From Planctomycetota bacterium (GTDB lineage Bacteria; Planctomycetota; UBA1135; UBA2386): a DNA stretch of 64,000 nucleotides. Numbering within the stretch: the first letter of the stretch is position 1; every line of letters starts with the position of its first letter. The notes below the pieces were generated by a model. It saw nothing but the letters and a program-made list of their open reading frames with translations. It made no database searches and was not told where the DNA came from. The DNA lies in NCBI GenBank assembly GCA_965228735.1, contig OZ245838.1, positions 6,720,001-6,784,000 of the forward strand, read 5' to 3'. Position numbers and translations under genes: made by a program. Shown here in pieces: positions 29,068 through 39,258 of the stretch.

Positions 29068-30428
29068 CGACAGCCCCGGAGCGACCGCCCCGGCGCGACC
29101 TCGCCCTGCTCGGTCTGTGCGCCGGCGCGGCCGTGATCTGGGTGTTCGTGCTCGCCTGGCATCGCCCCGTGCCGTCGGAGGACGGCGTCTCGTACCTGTG
29201 GATGGCGCAGCGATTCGCGGCCGGCGACTGGGCGGGCGCGACTTCGACGGTCTTTCCGCCGGGCTTCCCGCTGCTCGTCGGTTTCGTCGTGCGGTGCGGA
29301 CTCGAGCTCGAATGCGCCGCCAACGTCGTGAACGCCGCCGCGTTCGGTCTGACGATCGCGCCGCTCGCCGCGATCGCGCGCCGGTTGGCACCGACTCCGA
29401 GCGATCACCAGATCGGCTGGCTCACGGGCCTACTCTTCTTGTCGGGCTCGCTGCTCGCGCGCGTCGCGGCCGAGGTCTACAGCGAGCCGGTGTTCCTGCT
29501 GCTCATGGCGCTCGGCACGGCCGCCGGGCTGCGCGGCGGTCGGTTCTCGCACGCGGTCGGCATCGCTGCCGGCATCGCGTTCTGGTGCCGGCCCGAGGGC
29601 GTGCTGCTCGCGTTGTCGTTCGCGCTCAGCAAGCCGAAGACGATGTGGCCGGCGCTCGTCTGGGCGCTCGCGTTCGTGCTGCTGCTCGGCTGGGCGCGGC
29701 AGGCGTGCGGCCACGGCTTCGACCCGCTGCCGATCCTCGCGTTCCACGAACTGCGCGACGATCTGCCGCAACGCGGCCATGTGTTCGGCAACCTGCTCGC
29801 GGTGCCCGGCGCGTTCCTCGAGGCCTTCGGGCCCGTCGCGCTGCTGCCCGTGCTCCTGCTGTGGCCGCGCTTACGCTCTGGGATCACGCGCGGCCCGGCG
29901 TTGCCGCTGCTCTGGCAGATCGCGCTGCAGACCGGCGCGATCCTCACGTTCGTCGTCCGGCGGCGCTTCTTCCTCTCGGCGGCCGTCCCCGTGATCGCGC
30001 TGGCCGGAGCGGCGGCGGCGCGCCTGCCGCGGCCCTGGCGCGCGCTCGTCGTCGCCGGCTGCGTCGTGTTTGGCGGCATCGGCGCGTGGAACGGGCGGAT
30101 CGATCCCGATCGCATCGCCGAACGGGAGGTGGGGGAGTTTCTCGCCGGTCGGCTGCGGCCCGGCGAGCGCGTGACGGGCGATCTGCCGCGCGTCGTGTGG
30201 TTCGCCGGCATGCGGCCGCCGCCGCCGCGCCACTTCGACACGGCGCAGCTCTTCGCGATGGCGGCCGCGGAGGACGTGCGCTACTTCGTGTTCAGCGAAC
30301 GCAGTCAGCGCAGTTCGTCGCAGACGATCGAAGCCGAGCTCGCCGGCTTGTTCGGGCGCTTCCCGTTGCCCGACGCACTCGCGTCACGCGCCCGCGAGCG
30401 CGGCATCGTCGTGCTCGCCCGGCGTTGA
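29064..30428 (+). CDS. Polytopic membrane glycosyltransferase (GT-C, ArnT/PMT-like)
   Basis: SEDG..Y loop after TM1, PPGFP, YSE, CRPEG; many TM helices. Confidence 0.65.
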   Translation: MTTAPERPPRRDLALLGLCAGAAVIWVFVLAWHRPVPSEDGVSYLWMAQRFAAGDWAGATSTVFPPGFPLLVGFVVRCGLELECAANVVNAAAFGLTIAPLAAIARRLAPTPSDHQIGWLTGLLFLSGSLLARVAAEVYSEPVFLLLMALGTAAGLRGGRFSHAVGIAAGIAFWCRPEGVLLALSFALSKPKTMWPALVWALAFVLLLGWARQACGHGFDPLPILAFHELRDDLPQRGHVFGNLLAVPGAFLEAFGPVALLPVLLLWPRLRSGITRGPALPLLWQIALQTGAILTFVVRRRFFLSAAVPVIALAGAAAARLPRPWRALVVAGCVVFGGIGAWNGRIDPDRIAEREVGEFLAGRLRPGERVTGDLPRVVWFAGMRPPPPRHFDTAQLFAMAAAEDVRYFVFSERSQRSSSQTIEAELAGLFGRFPLPDALASRARERGIVVLARR

Positions 30429-31718
30429 CGCGGCGAGGCCGAAGCCGAGCGCGATCAGCAGCAGGACGATGTCCCAGGCCGTCACGACGTAGATGCTGTT
30501 GAACCACTCGGCGACATCGTCACCGATCAGGTCGCCGCCGAGGAACCCGACGGTGGCTGCCCAGCAGAGCAGCAGGACAGCGAGCCACCAGGCGCGCCGC
30601 CACAGCACGGCCTGCAGCATGAGGACGAACGCGGGCAGCAACGCGACGTGGTGCGCCTTCCAGCTCAACGGGCTCAGCAGCACGGACAGGACGAGCGCGG
30701 CGGCGAACGCCCAGCCGCGAGCCGCCGCGGCCCGGCGGCGGACGTGACCGACGATCAGCACGAGCCCGAGCAGCGCGAGGCCGGTGCCCTTCGCGATCCA
30801 GCCGACGGTCGCGGCATCGAGCCCGAGGCCGGGCCGCACGCCCCCCGGCACCCTGGCCGCGAACTCCGGCGGCACGTCCCCGAACCAGCGCGCGATGCCG
30901 AAGCGCAGCGACTGGTTCATCCACTCGAACGGCGGGAACTCGAGCGCCGGGTCCGCCCACGGGTCGCGCTGCGTCGCGAGCGCCCAGCTGCCCTCGACCC
31001 ACCGCAGCCACGGTCCGATCTCGAGCCGCTGCAGCGCCGCGGTGAGCAGGACGCAGAGCGCGCCCGAAGCGAGGGTCCAGAGGACGGTGCGGTGGTGCCC
31101 GAGCGCGAGCAGCACGGGCAGCAGCCAGACCTGCGTCGGCTTGGTCGCGAGCGAGAACCCGAGCAGCGCGCCGGCCGTCACAGCTCGACCGCGCTCGGCC
31201 ATCGCGAACGCGATCAGACACATCCCGACGTTGATCAGGTTGCCGCCGCCGCCGTGCATGTCGCGGAAGATGAACCGCGCGCCGAGCACGAACGTGAGCA
31301 GCCACAGCACGTGCCAGGCGTTCTCGGAGCGCGGCGGCGCGCGGCCCGCGGTCAGCCGCCGGATGAAGTACGCGGCCAGAGCGACCATGAGCACCTGGAG
31401 GATGGCCCAGGCGCAGCGCGCGGCGCGATCGCCGAGCGTGTCCGCGATCACGGCGAACGGGATCGTCAGCAGGCCGTAGGACGGTGGATACGGCGCGTGC
31501 AGCGGGCGGATCGGCGCGTCCGGATCCGACTTCCACGGCCCGTAGACGTCGTCCCCGGCGAGCAGGCGGCGGCCGAACTCGAGGTGATCGAGGATCACCC
31601 CGCGGGTCGACGGCCGCGTCGTCGCGCGGGCGACGAGGAACACGGCGAGCGCGAGCCACAGCGTGGCCCAGAGGACGCGGGCCGGAGAACGCCTGGGATC
31701 GGAAGCAGTCTCCGGCAC
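30384..31718 (-). CDS. GT87/DUF2029-like polytopic glycosyltransferase
   Basis: PYPPSYGLL, GNL, ATKP, NQSL, SPLSWKAH. Confidence 0.75.
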   Translation of the reverse strand: MPETASDPRRSPARVLWATLWLALAVFLVARATTRPSTRGVILDHLEFGRRLLAGDDVYGPWKSDPDAPIRPLHAPYPPSYGLLTIPFAVIADTLGDRAARCAWAILQVLMVALAAYFIRRLTAGRAPPRSENAWHVLWLLTFVLGARFIFRDMHGGGGNLINVGMCLIAFAMAERGRAVTAGALLGFSLATKPTQVWLLPVLLALGHHRTVLWTLASGALCVLLTAALQRLEIGPWLRWVEGSWALATQRDPWADPALEFPPFEWMNQSLRFGIARWFGDVPPEFAARVPGGVRPGLGLDAATVGWIAKGTGLALLGLVLIVGHVRRRAAAARGWAFAAALVLSVLLSPLSWKAHHVALLPAFVLMLQAVLWRRAWWLAVLLLCWAATVGFLGGDLIGDDVAEWFNSIYVVTAWDIVLLLIALGFGLAASTPGEHDDAALAGA

Positions 31719-31722
31719 CGAA

Positions 31723-33279
31723 TCAGAAGCGCAGCGTCTCGATCGTCGGGGTCGTCGTCGTCGCGTCCTGGCCGCCGAAGAGGATCAACGTGCCGTCGGG
31801 CATCACGGAGGCCGCATGGCCCGAGCGCGGCGCCGTGAGCGCCGGGGCCGCGGCCCAGGTGTTGGTCGTCGGATCGAAGATCTCGACGTCTGCGATCGAC
31901 GTCGGCGCGGTCAGCGTGCCCTGGGCGCCGCCGCACACCGCGACGTTGCCGTTCGGCAGCAGGCTGGCCGAGTGCAGGCCGCGCGCCGTGCTCATGTTGA
32001 CCGCGCTCCAGGTGCCGCCCGGGGTGTAGACCTCGGCGCCGCTGATCGGCGCGGAGTTGGCTGCGCCCGTGATACTCGGAACGAAGATCCCGCCGCTCAT
32101 GAGCACGCGGTCGTCGCCGAGCGTGACCTGGTTGTAGTGGTGTCCGGCGCGGCCCTGGCTCATGCTCGGACCGTTGGTCCAGCTGTTGCTGCCGGGGTTG
32201 TAGAGCTGGACCGAAGTCGTGCTCATGGCCGAGACCGGAATGCCGAAGAAGAAGCCGACCTCGACGCCGCCGCTGACCATCACGAGGCCGTTGCTCAGCG
32301 TCGTGAGGGCGGGCGCGAGGCGGTTGCCGCCGATCGCGGGCCCGCCGCTCCACTGGCCCGTCGCCGGGTCGTAGATCTCCGTCGACCGCAGCGTGTTGGT
32401 GATCGCGCTCAGCACGTCGGCGAGCGTCGAAGTGCCGCCCGTGACCATCACGCGGCCGTCGGGCAGCCTCGTCGCCGCGTGCAGGATGCGCGGCGTGTTC
32501 ATCGCACCCGTCGCGGAGTAGGTGTCCGTCGCCGGGTCGTAGATCTCGCACGAGTCGAGCACGCTGCCCGTGCTGTCGGCGCCGCCGATCAGCAGCACGC
32601 GGCCGTCGTCGAGCCGGACCGGCAGGTGCAGCGCGCGCGCCGTCGTCATCGCGTTCCCCGGTCGCACCGCCATGCGGCGGAAGTCCCAGACCTCGGTCGT
32701 CGCGAGCCCGACCGCGCTCGTCAACGTGCCCGAGCCGCCGCCAGCTACGATGAAGTCGCCGGCGCCCGCGTTGTTGTCGCGGTCGAAGAACCCGGCGCTG
32801 AACGCGCGGGCATTGAGCAGCGAGTCGCGCGCGAGCAGGCCGGTGGCCGGCAGCGATGTCTGGGTCACGACGTCGTTGCTGATCTCGCCGACGATCGTCG
32901 GGCCGCTCACCGGCAGCGTCAGCATCTGCCAGTGGAAGACGAGGTCGTCGAGGCTCGCGAGGTTCGGCAGCGCGAGGGAGTAGTTGCCCGAGCCGGCGCC
33001 CGTGAGGGTGAAGATCCACGCCGCGGACAGCTCGGTGCCGACCAGCACGGAGCGCGGATCCGCCGGATCGACCGCGGACAGCGCCGTCGGGCCGCCGGTG
33101 AACGACGCCATGATCACGGCGAGCGTGTTGGCCGTCGTGCCGTTGTAGGCCAGGTCCTGGCTGCTGCCGAGCGTGCCCGGCGTCGTCTTATCGAGGTCGA
33201 AATCGCCCTGGGCGACCGCCGGGAGAGCGAGCGCGAGCGCGAGCGGCAAGGTGAGGGCGGGGGGGAAGTTGCGGATCAT
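31723..33279 (-). CDS. Secreted Kelch-repeat beta-propeller protein
   Basis: Signal peptide ending AVA-Q; repeats DGRVLLIGG..EIYDP, MNTPRILHAATRLPDGRVMVTGG. Confidence 0.88.
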   Translation of the reverse strand: MIRNFPPALTLPLALALALPAVAQGDFDLDKTTPGTLGSSQDLAYNGTTANTLAVIMASFTGGPTALSAVDPADPRSVLVGTELSAAWIFTLTGAGSGNYSLALPNLASLDDLVFHWQMLTLPVSGPTIVGEISNDVVTQTSLPATGLLARDSLLNARAFSAGFFDRDNNAGAGDFIVAGGGSGTLTSAVGLATTEVWDFRRMAVRPGNAMTTARALHLPVRLDDGRVLLIGGADSTGSVLDSCEIYDPATDTYSATGAMNTPRILHAATRLPDGRVMVTGGTSTLADVLSAITNTLRSTEIYDPATGQWSGGPAIGGNRLAPALTTLSNGLVMVSGGVEVGFFFGIPVSAMSTTSVQLYNPGSNSWTNGPSMSQGRAGHHYNQVTLGDDRVLMSGGIFVPSITGAANSAPISGAEVYTPGGTWSAVNMSTARGLHSASLLPNGNVAVCGGAQGTLTAPTSIADVEIFDPTTNTWAAAPALTAPRSGHAASVMPDGTLILFGGQDATTTTPTIETLRF

Positions 33280-33454
33280 GGGTGAGGTCAGGGTCCGGGC
33301 AGACCCGTACAGTATCCGAGATTCCCGCGGTCGGTGCGGCTCAAGTCGGCGGCTGGTCGTCCGAGAATGAGAACGGACCGGGCTTTCCCGAGCCGGCAGC
33401 CGTCGTTGGCGCCGGGCAGGACTCCGCCGCCCGCGGCTTTGCCGGGATGTCACG

Positions 33455-33961
33455 ATGGCCGAGGATTCGGTGCGACGGACGGAAGCGACCACGAGCCTGA
33501 ACGGCTACGGCTCCCGCGCGCCGGACGAGCACCGTTCGGGCAACCGCCGCGCCGCGCCGCCGGACGAGGTCGACGCGCCACCGAGCCGGGGCGCGGACAG
33601 CGTGGCCGTGCGCTCCGACTTCGTGGCCGCGCTGCGGCTGCTGCGGGAGCGGGTCCTGGCCAACACCCGGGACATGCTCGGGGTCGGCAGCGTCGCGGTG
33701 CCGAAATTCGCCGAGGTCGTCGGCGCGGAGACGACCGCGGCGTTCGTGTCGCGCCTCGTCTCCGACCAGAACCAGCTCGCGGCCCGCGGCGCGTCGGCCG
33801 CGCCGAGCGCCGTGCGCGTGGTCCTCAACGCGGCGTTCGAAGCCGGCAGTACGGAGGCCGCCGAGCTGCTCGCGGCCGTGCCCGACAGTGCCGCTGCGCA
33901 GGCCGCCGTGAGCGCGGCGCGCGCCGAGTTCGGGCGCCGCATCGCCGAACTCGATTCCTGA
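33455..33961 (+). CDS. Hypothetical protein
   Basis: ATG-initiated ORF with host-like codon usage filling the gap before the YchJ gene. Confidence 0.55.
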   Translation: MAEDSVRRTEATTSLNGYGSRAPDEHRSGNRRAAPPDEVDAPPSRGADSVAVRSDFVAALRLLRERVLANTRDMLGVGSVAVPKFAEVVGAETTAAFVSRLVSDQNQLAARGASAAPSAVRVVLNAAFEAGSTEAAELLAAVPDSAAAQAAVSAARAEFGRRIAELDS

Positions 33962-33985
33962 CGCGTCGCTGGTTAGGTTCTGGGC

Positions 33986-34489
33986 ATGAAGTGCCCGTGC
34001 AGCTCCGGCAAGGAGTTCGGTGACTGTTGCGAACCGATCATCGAGCAGAAGCGGCAGGCCGTGACGGCCGAAGAGCTCATGCGTTCGCGCTACACCGCCT
34101 ACGCGCTGGGCAAGATCGAGTGGATCATCGAGAGCCAGTCGCCCGACGGCCGCGCGCACATCGACCGCAAGTCGACCGAGGAATGGTCGCGGCGGTCGAC
34201 GTGGCACGGCATGGCGATCCTCAACGTCGAGCAGGGCGGCGAGTCCGACACCGAGGGCTTCGTGGAGTTCAAGGCGAACTACACGATGGGCGGGGAAGAT
34301 GTCACGCATCACGAGGTCGCGAGCTTCCGCAAGGAGGACGACACGTGGTACTTCGTCGACGGCATCGAGGTGAAGCCGCGGCCCTACAAGCGCGTCGAAC
34401 GCAAGGTCGGGCCGAACGAGCCGTGCCCGTGCGGCTCGGGCAAGAAGTTCAAGAAGTGCTGTGGCAAGCCCGGCGTGCGGGCGTCCTGA
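33986..34489 (+). CDS. ychJ: YchJ family SEC-C motif protein
   Basis: [44 protein letters not shown]. Confidence 0.92.
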   Translation: MKCPCSSGKEFGDCCEPIIEQKRQAVTAEELMRSRYTAYALGKIEWIIESQSPDGRAHIDRKSTEEWSRRSTWHGMAILNVEQGGESDTEGFVEFKANYTMGGEDVTHHEVASFRKEDDTWYFVDGIEVKPRPYKRVERKVGPNEPCPCGSGKKFKKCCGKPGVRAS

Positions 34490-34862
34490 GGTCGCCATCG
34501 TCGCGCTCACGATCGATGCGTGCGGCGGCAAGCGCGACGATTCCGCAGTCGTCGGCACCCACGAGTTCGATGCCGAGGAGTCCGCGCTGCCGACCCTCGA
34601 GGAGTTGGTTTCTCGACGGCGACGTGCTGCGCCTCGAGATGTCGATTGGTCGGCTCGCGGTCGTCGCGTTCCGGAAGTGCCCGCAGTAGCGGGGCGACGG
34701 TGAGCCGGGCGTTCTTCCCGCCCGGAACGCGACAGCGCGCCGATCCCGCGGCTGCCCGATCGGCCGGAAATTCTGCCGGCTACCGGGGTGACACCTCCGG
34801 CACCGCGTCCCATGATCGAGACCGATCCCCCTGACTCACGTAAACCTGACCGGAGAACCTCG

Positions 34863-35216
34863 ATGCGCCGATTCGCCCTGCTGTTGCCCCTGCTCCTGCC
34901 GTTCGCTGCCTGCACGACCGAGGAGTCGCATCCGCTTGCCGGTCACTGGAACGAGCAGACCGGCACCGAGAAGAAGGGCATCACGATCAACTTCAGCACG
35001 AGCAAGGAGCACTGCTACCTGCACGGTGCGCCGCGCGAGGACGGCACGCACGATCACGACGACGGGCCCTACACGTTCGACGAAGCTACCGGTGCCATCT
35101 CGATCACGTTCGAGACGGCCGGTGAGTGGAAGGGCAAGCTCACTGAAGGCACGCTGTCCGTGAGTGCGGCCGACGGAAAGGCGATGACGTTCAAGGTGGG
35201 CGAGGCCGCGCACTAG
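34863..35216 (+). CDS. Small lipoprotein, beta-rich
   Basis: MRRFALLLPLLLPFAA-C lipobox; GGAG Shine-Dalgarno upstream. Confidence 0.75.
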   Translation: MRRFALLLPLLLPFAACTTEESHPLAGHWNEQTGTEKKGITINFSTSKEHCYLHGAPREDGTHDHDDGPYTFDEATGAISITFETAGEWKGKLTEGTLSVSAADGKAMTFKVGEAAH

Positions 35217-35302
35217 CCGTTGGGTGAACCCCGAAACCGACGATCTGGGGGCCTCGCTTTTGCCCGGGCAGACCCTATCGTTCGGAGCAACCCCAGCCCG
35301 AC

Positions 35303-35722
35303 ATGTCCGATCCGCACTCCAGCAAGCTCACCGAAGGCATCCGGATCCACGCGGCAGCGCAGTACCTGCCGCAGGAGTCGGAGCCGGAAAACCGTCGGTT
35401 CGTCTACGCCTACCGCATCACGATGACCAACGAGAGCGCGACCGGTTCGGTCCGCCTCGTGTCGCGCCACTGGCAGATCGTGGACAGCGAAGGTCGGCGC
35501 GAGGAAGTGCGCGGCCGCGGCGTCGTCGGCGAGTATCCGAAGCTCGCGGTCGGCGAGAACTACAGCTACGTGAGCTACTGCCCGCTCGCGACCAACTGGG
35601 GGACGATGGAAGGCAGCTACACGTTCGAGCGCGACGACGGTTCGCAGTTCGACGTCGCGATCGGTCGGTTCTTCCTCGTGCCGTCCGCGCCCGAGCTCGA
35701 GCTCGAGCAGCCGCAGGCGTAG
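35303..35722 (+). CDS. apaG: ApaG protein
   Basis: FVYAYRITMTN, LVSRHWQI, VRGRGVVGEYP, GTMEGSY. Confidence 0.95.
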   Translation: MSDPHSSKLTEGIRIHAAAQYLPQESEPENRRFVYAYRITMTNESATGSVRLVSRHWQIVDSEGRREEVRGRGVVGEYPKLAVGENYSYVSYCPLATNWGTMEGSYTFERDDGSQFDVAIGRFFLVPSAPELELEQPQA

Positions 35723-35769
35723 CGGTCGATCGCCAGATGTCGTCGGGCGCCCGCTATCGCCGGGCGCGT

Positions 35770-37464
35770 CTAACGTCTGGCCTCGTCGCGCAACGCGATC
35801 AGGTCCTTCATCACGTTCTGCAGCTCGCCCGCGTTCTGCTGACCGCCCGCGCCGCTGAACGCGTCGTGCAGCTGCGCATAGAGCCGGTAGAGCTCGCGAT
35901 AGACCGCGACCGCCGCCTTCCGCGGGCGATAGACCGTGCTCTTCGTGCCCGTCATCCGGCGCTGCGCCGCGGCCACGCTGCGAAACCGCCCGCCCGCGAC
36001 CGCGCCGCAGATCGCCGCGCCGAGCGCGCACGACTCGGCGGAGCGGCTGACCTTCATCGGGCGGCCCGTCACGTCGGCGTAGATCTGCATCACGAGCGCG
36101 TTCTTCTCGGCGATGCCGCCGCAGTTCACGATCTCCTTGACCTTGACCCCGAACTCCTCGAACCGGCGGATGATCGTCAGCGCGCCGAACGCCGTCGCCT
36201 CGATCAGCGCGCGGTAGATCTCGGCGGCGGTCGTGTGCAGCGTCTGGCCGACGATCAGACCCGTGAGGTGCGGATCGACGAGCACCGTGCGGTTGCCGTT
36301 GTTCCAGTCGAGCGCGAGCAGCCCGCTCGCGCCGGGCGCGAGCTTGGCCGCGGCGCGCGTCAGGCGAACGTGCGGGTCGCCCGCACCCTTCGTCGCGCCG
36401 TTCGTCGCGAGGTGCTTCACGAACCAGTTGAAGATGTCGCCGACCGCCGACTGTCCGGCCTCGAGCCCGTAGGCGTCGGGCAGCACCGAGCCCGGCACGA
36501 TGCCGCAGAGCCCCGGGATGTCCGGCAGCCTCTCGTCGAGCGGCCACACCGTGATGTCGCACGTGCTCGTGCCGATGATCTTCACGAGCGTGCCCGGCTT
36601 CACGCCCGAGCCGATCGCGCCCATGTGCGCATCGAGCGCACCGACGGCGACCGGGATGCCTGCTGGCAAAGAGGCGGCGTTGGCCATCTCGGTCGTGAGG
36701 TGACCGGCGACACGGTCGGACGGCAGCACCGCGTCGCCGAACGTGTCGGCGAAGCGCGGCAGCTCCGCATCGAGTCGGCGCAGGAACGCCTTCTTCGGCA
36801 GCCCGCCCCAGTCCGGATGGAACATCGCCTTGTGTCCAGCAGCGCAGACGCTGCGCGCGAGCGACTTCGGCCTCGTGTTGCCCGTGAGGAAGCCCGGCAC
36901 GAAGTCGCACAGCTCGACCCAGCCCGCGGCCGCCTCGATCACGGCGGGAGCGGTGCGGCGACAGTGCAGCAGCTTGGACCAGTACCACTCGCTCGAGTAG
37001 GTGCCGCCGCACTTTCGCAGGTAGCCGTCCTTGCTGCGCGCGGCCTTCTGCGTGATCTCCGCGGCGGCGGCCGCCGACGTGTGATCGCGCCACAGCCACG
37101 CGTGCGCGGCGAGGTTCTTGTGGAACCGGCGCTGTGACGTCAGCGGCCGCCCGTCGGCGTCGACGGGCAGCGGCGTCGAACCCGTCGTGTCGACGCCGAT
37201 GCCGACGATCCGGTCGGGCTTGAAGCCGCGGCGACGCGCTGCCATGCGCACGGCGGCCTGCACCGCGCGTTGGTAGCCGGTCACGTAGTCGGCCGGGTTC
37301 TGCCGCGCGAGGTTGGGGTCCTTGTCGTCGAGCAGGATGCCGTGCTCGCCGCTCTCGTAGTCGTGGGTGGCGACCGCGACCTCGCTGCCGTCGTCGAGGT
37401 CGACGACCACGGCGCGCACGCTGTTGGTGCCGTAGTCGAGGCCGATGGCGTAGTCGTTCTGCAT
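35770..37464 (-). CDS. araB: Ribulokinase (FGGY family)
   Basis: IGLDYGTNSVRA, GIGVDTTGSTP, GGTYSSEW, CAAGHKA, EAGQSAVGDIF, LDWNNGNRT. Confidence 0.92.
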   Translation of the reverse strand: MQNDYAIGLDYGTNSVRAVVVDLDDGSEVAVATHDYESGEHGILLDDKDPNLARQNPADYVTGYQRAVQAAVRMAARRRGFKPDRIVGIGVDTTGSTPLPVDADGRPLTSQRRFHKNLAAHAWLWRDHTSAAAAAEITQKAARSKDGYLRKCGGTYSSEWYWSKLLHCRRTAPAVIEAAAGWVELCDFVPGFLTGNTRPKSLARSVCAAGHKAMFHPDWGGLPKKAFLRRLDAELPRFADTFGDAVLPSDRVAGHLTTEMANAASLPAGIPVAVGALDAHMGAIGSGVKPGTLVKIIGTSTCDITVWPLDERLPDIPGLCGIVPGSVLPDAYGLEAGQSAVGDIFNWFVKHLATNGATKGAGDPHVRLTRAAAKLAPGASGLLALDWNNGNRTVLVDPHLTGLIVGQTLHTTAAEIYRALIEATAFGALTIIRRFEEFGVKVKEIVNCGGIAEKNALVMQIYADVTGRPMKVSRSAESCALGAAICGAVAGGRFRSVAAAQRRMTGTKSTVYRPRKAAVAVYRELYRLYAQLHDAFSGAGGQQNAGELQNVMKDLIALRDEARR

Positions 37465-37601
37465 GGGGCGCTCCGCAGTCCGGGCAACGGGAGCGCGTGG
37501 TCTAACCGTTCGCCGGCCCGCGGCAAAGGCCGCACCGGACGCGGCCCCGCCGGCAGGAGCCCGTTCTTGCCGCCGAAGGGGCGCCGAGCTAGCGTCGCCA
37601 C

Positions 37602-39131
37602 GTGCCCACGATCGCTCTCGGTGAACCCGTCCTGCCCCTGTCCGCGTTCGTCGCGATCGCACGCGGCGGCGCCAGGATCAAGCTCTCGCGCGACGTGCGC
37701 AGTCGGGTCAGGACCAGCCGCGAACAGGTCGAACGGGCGGTGGCCGGCGGCGCGACGATCTACGGGATCAACACCGGCTTCGGCAAGCTCGCGGGCGTGC
37801 GCATCCCCGACGAGCAGCTCGCGCAGCTGCAGCAGAACCTGCTGCTGAGCCACGCGACCGGCGTCGGCCAGCCGTTGCGCCCGGAGGTGAGCCGCCTCGC
37901 GTTCGCGCTGCGGATCCACAACCTCGCGATCGGCAACTCGGGCGTGCGGCTCGCGCTGCTCGAACAGGCGATGGCGTTGTTCGACAACGACCTGATCCCC
38001 GTGATTCCGTCCCAGGGCTCGGTCGGCGCGTCGGGCGATCTCGCGCCGCTGAGTCACATGGCGCTGCCGTTGATCGGGCGCGGTCAGGTGCACTTCGGCA
38101 AGAAGGTGATCTCGGGCAAGAAGGCGCTCGAGAAGATCGGTCGCGCGCCGCTCGAGCTCGCGGAGAAGGAAGGCCTCGCGCTCATCAACGGCACGCAGAT
38201 CATGACGGCGATCGGCTGCCTCGCGGTGCACGATGCGATGACGCTCGCGCGCGCGGCGGACATCGCGTGCGCGATGACGGTCGAGGCGTTGCGCGGCAGC
38301 GACCGACCGTTCGCGGCCCGGGTGCACGAGCTGCGGCCGCACACGGGGCAGATGGCGACGGCCGAGAACCTGCGCGCGCTGCTCGCCGGCAGCAAGATCA
38401 TGGTGAGTCACAAGGACTGCGAGAAGGTGCAGGACGCCTACTCGCTGCGGTGCGCGCCGCAGGTCCACGGCGCGAGCAAGGACGGCATCCGCTACGCGCT
38501 CGAGACGCTCGTGACCGAGGCCAATTCGGTGACCGACAACCCGCTCGTCTTCGACGGCGCGGACGTCGTCAGCGCCGGCAACTTCCACGGCCAGCCCGTG
38601 AGCCAGGCGCTCGACTACCTCGGCATCGCGGTGTCGACGCTCGCGAACATCAGCGAGCGCCGCATCGAACAACTCGTCAACCCGGACATCTCGGGCCTGC
38701 CGCCGTTCCTCGCGAAGCACCCGGGACTCGAGAGCGGCTTCATGATCCCGCAGGTCGTCGCCGCGTCGCTCGCGAGCGAGAACAAGTCGCTGGCGCACCC
38801 GGCGAGCGTCGACACGATCCCGACGTCGGCCAACCGCGAGGACCACGTGTCGATGGGGGTGACGGCCGCGCGGCACGCCGAAGCGATCGTGAGCAACGCG
38901 CAGAAGGTGCTCGGCATCGAGCTGTTGTGCGCCGCGCAGGGACTCGATCTCGGTGAGCAACTGCGGCCCGGTAAGGGCGTGCGGGCGGCGTATCAGGCGC
39001 TGCGCAAGCGCGTGAAGGGGCTCGAGGGCGACCGCTTCCTGGCGCCGGATCTCGCGGTTGCGGAGGAAGTCGTGCAGAGCGGGGAGCTCGTTGCCGCGGC
39101 GGAGAAGGCGGTCGGGGCGCTGGCGTTGTAG
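37602..39131 (+). CDS. hutH: Histidine ammonia-lyase
   Basis: YGINTGFG, GSVGASGDLAPL (MIO), KEGLALING, QDAYSLRC, GNFHGQP, EDHVSM. Confidence 0.95.
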   Translation: MPTIALGEPVLPLSAFVAIARGGARIKLSRDVRSRVRTSREQVERAVAGGATIYGINTGFGKLAGVRIPDEQLAQLQQNLLLSHATGVGQPLRPEVSRLAFALRIHNLAIGNSGVRLALLEQAMALFDNDLIPVIPSQGSVGASGDLAPLSHMALPLIGRGQVHFGKKVISGKKALEKIGRAPLELAEKEGLALINGTQIMTAIGCLAVHDAMTLARAADIACAMTVEALRGSDRPFAARVHELRPHTGQMATAENLRALLAGSKIMVSHKDCEKVQDAYSLRCAPQVHGASKDGIRYALETLVTEANSVTDNPLVFDGADVVSAGNFHGQPVSQALDYLGIAVSTLANISERRIEQLVNPDISGLPPFLAKHPGLESGFMIPQVVAASLASENKSLAHPASVDTIPTSANREDHVSMGVTAARHAEAIVSNAQKVLGIELLCAAQGLDLGEQLRPGKGVRAAYQALRKRVKGLEGDRFLAPDLAVAEEVVQSGELVAAAEKAVGALAL

Positions 39132-39258
39132 CGCCTCGGATGGGCGGGCGCCCCGGCTGCCCCGTGAGCGGGTAGGATGCCGGAGGTTTCGTGGACCCGT
39201 GTCCTGGGCAGCAGTCCGCTGCGCCGACCGGGCAATGGCGTTCGCGGCGGGTGAAGAG

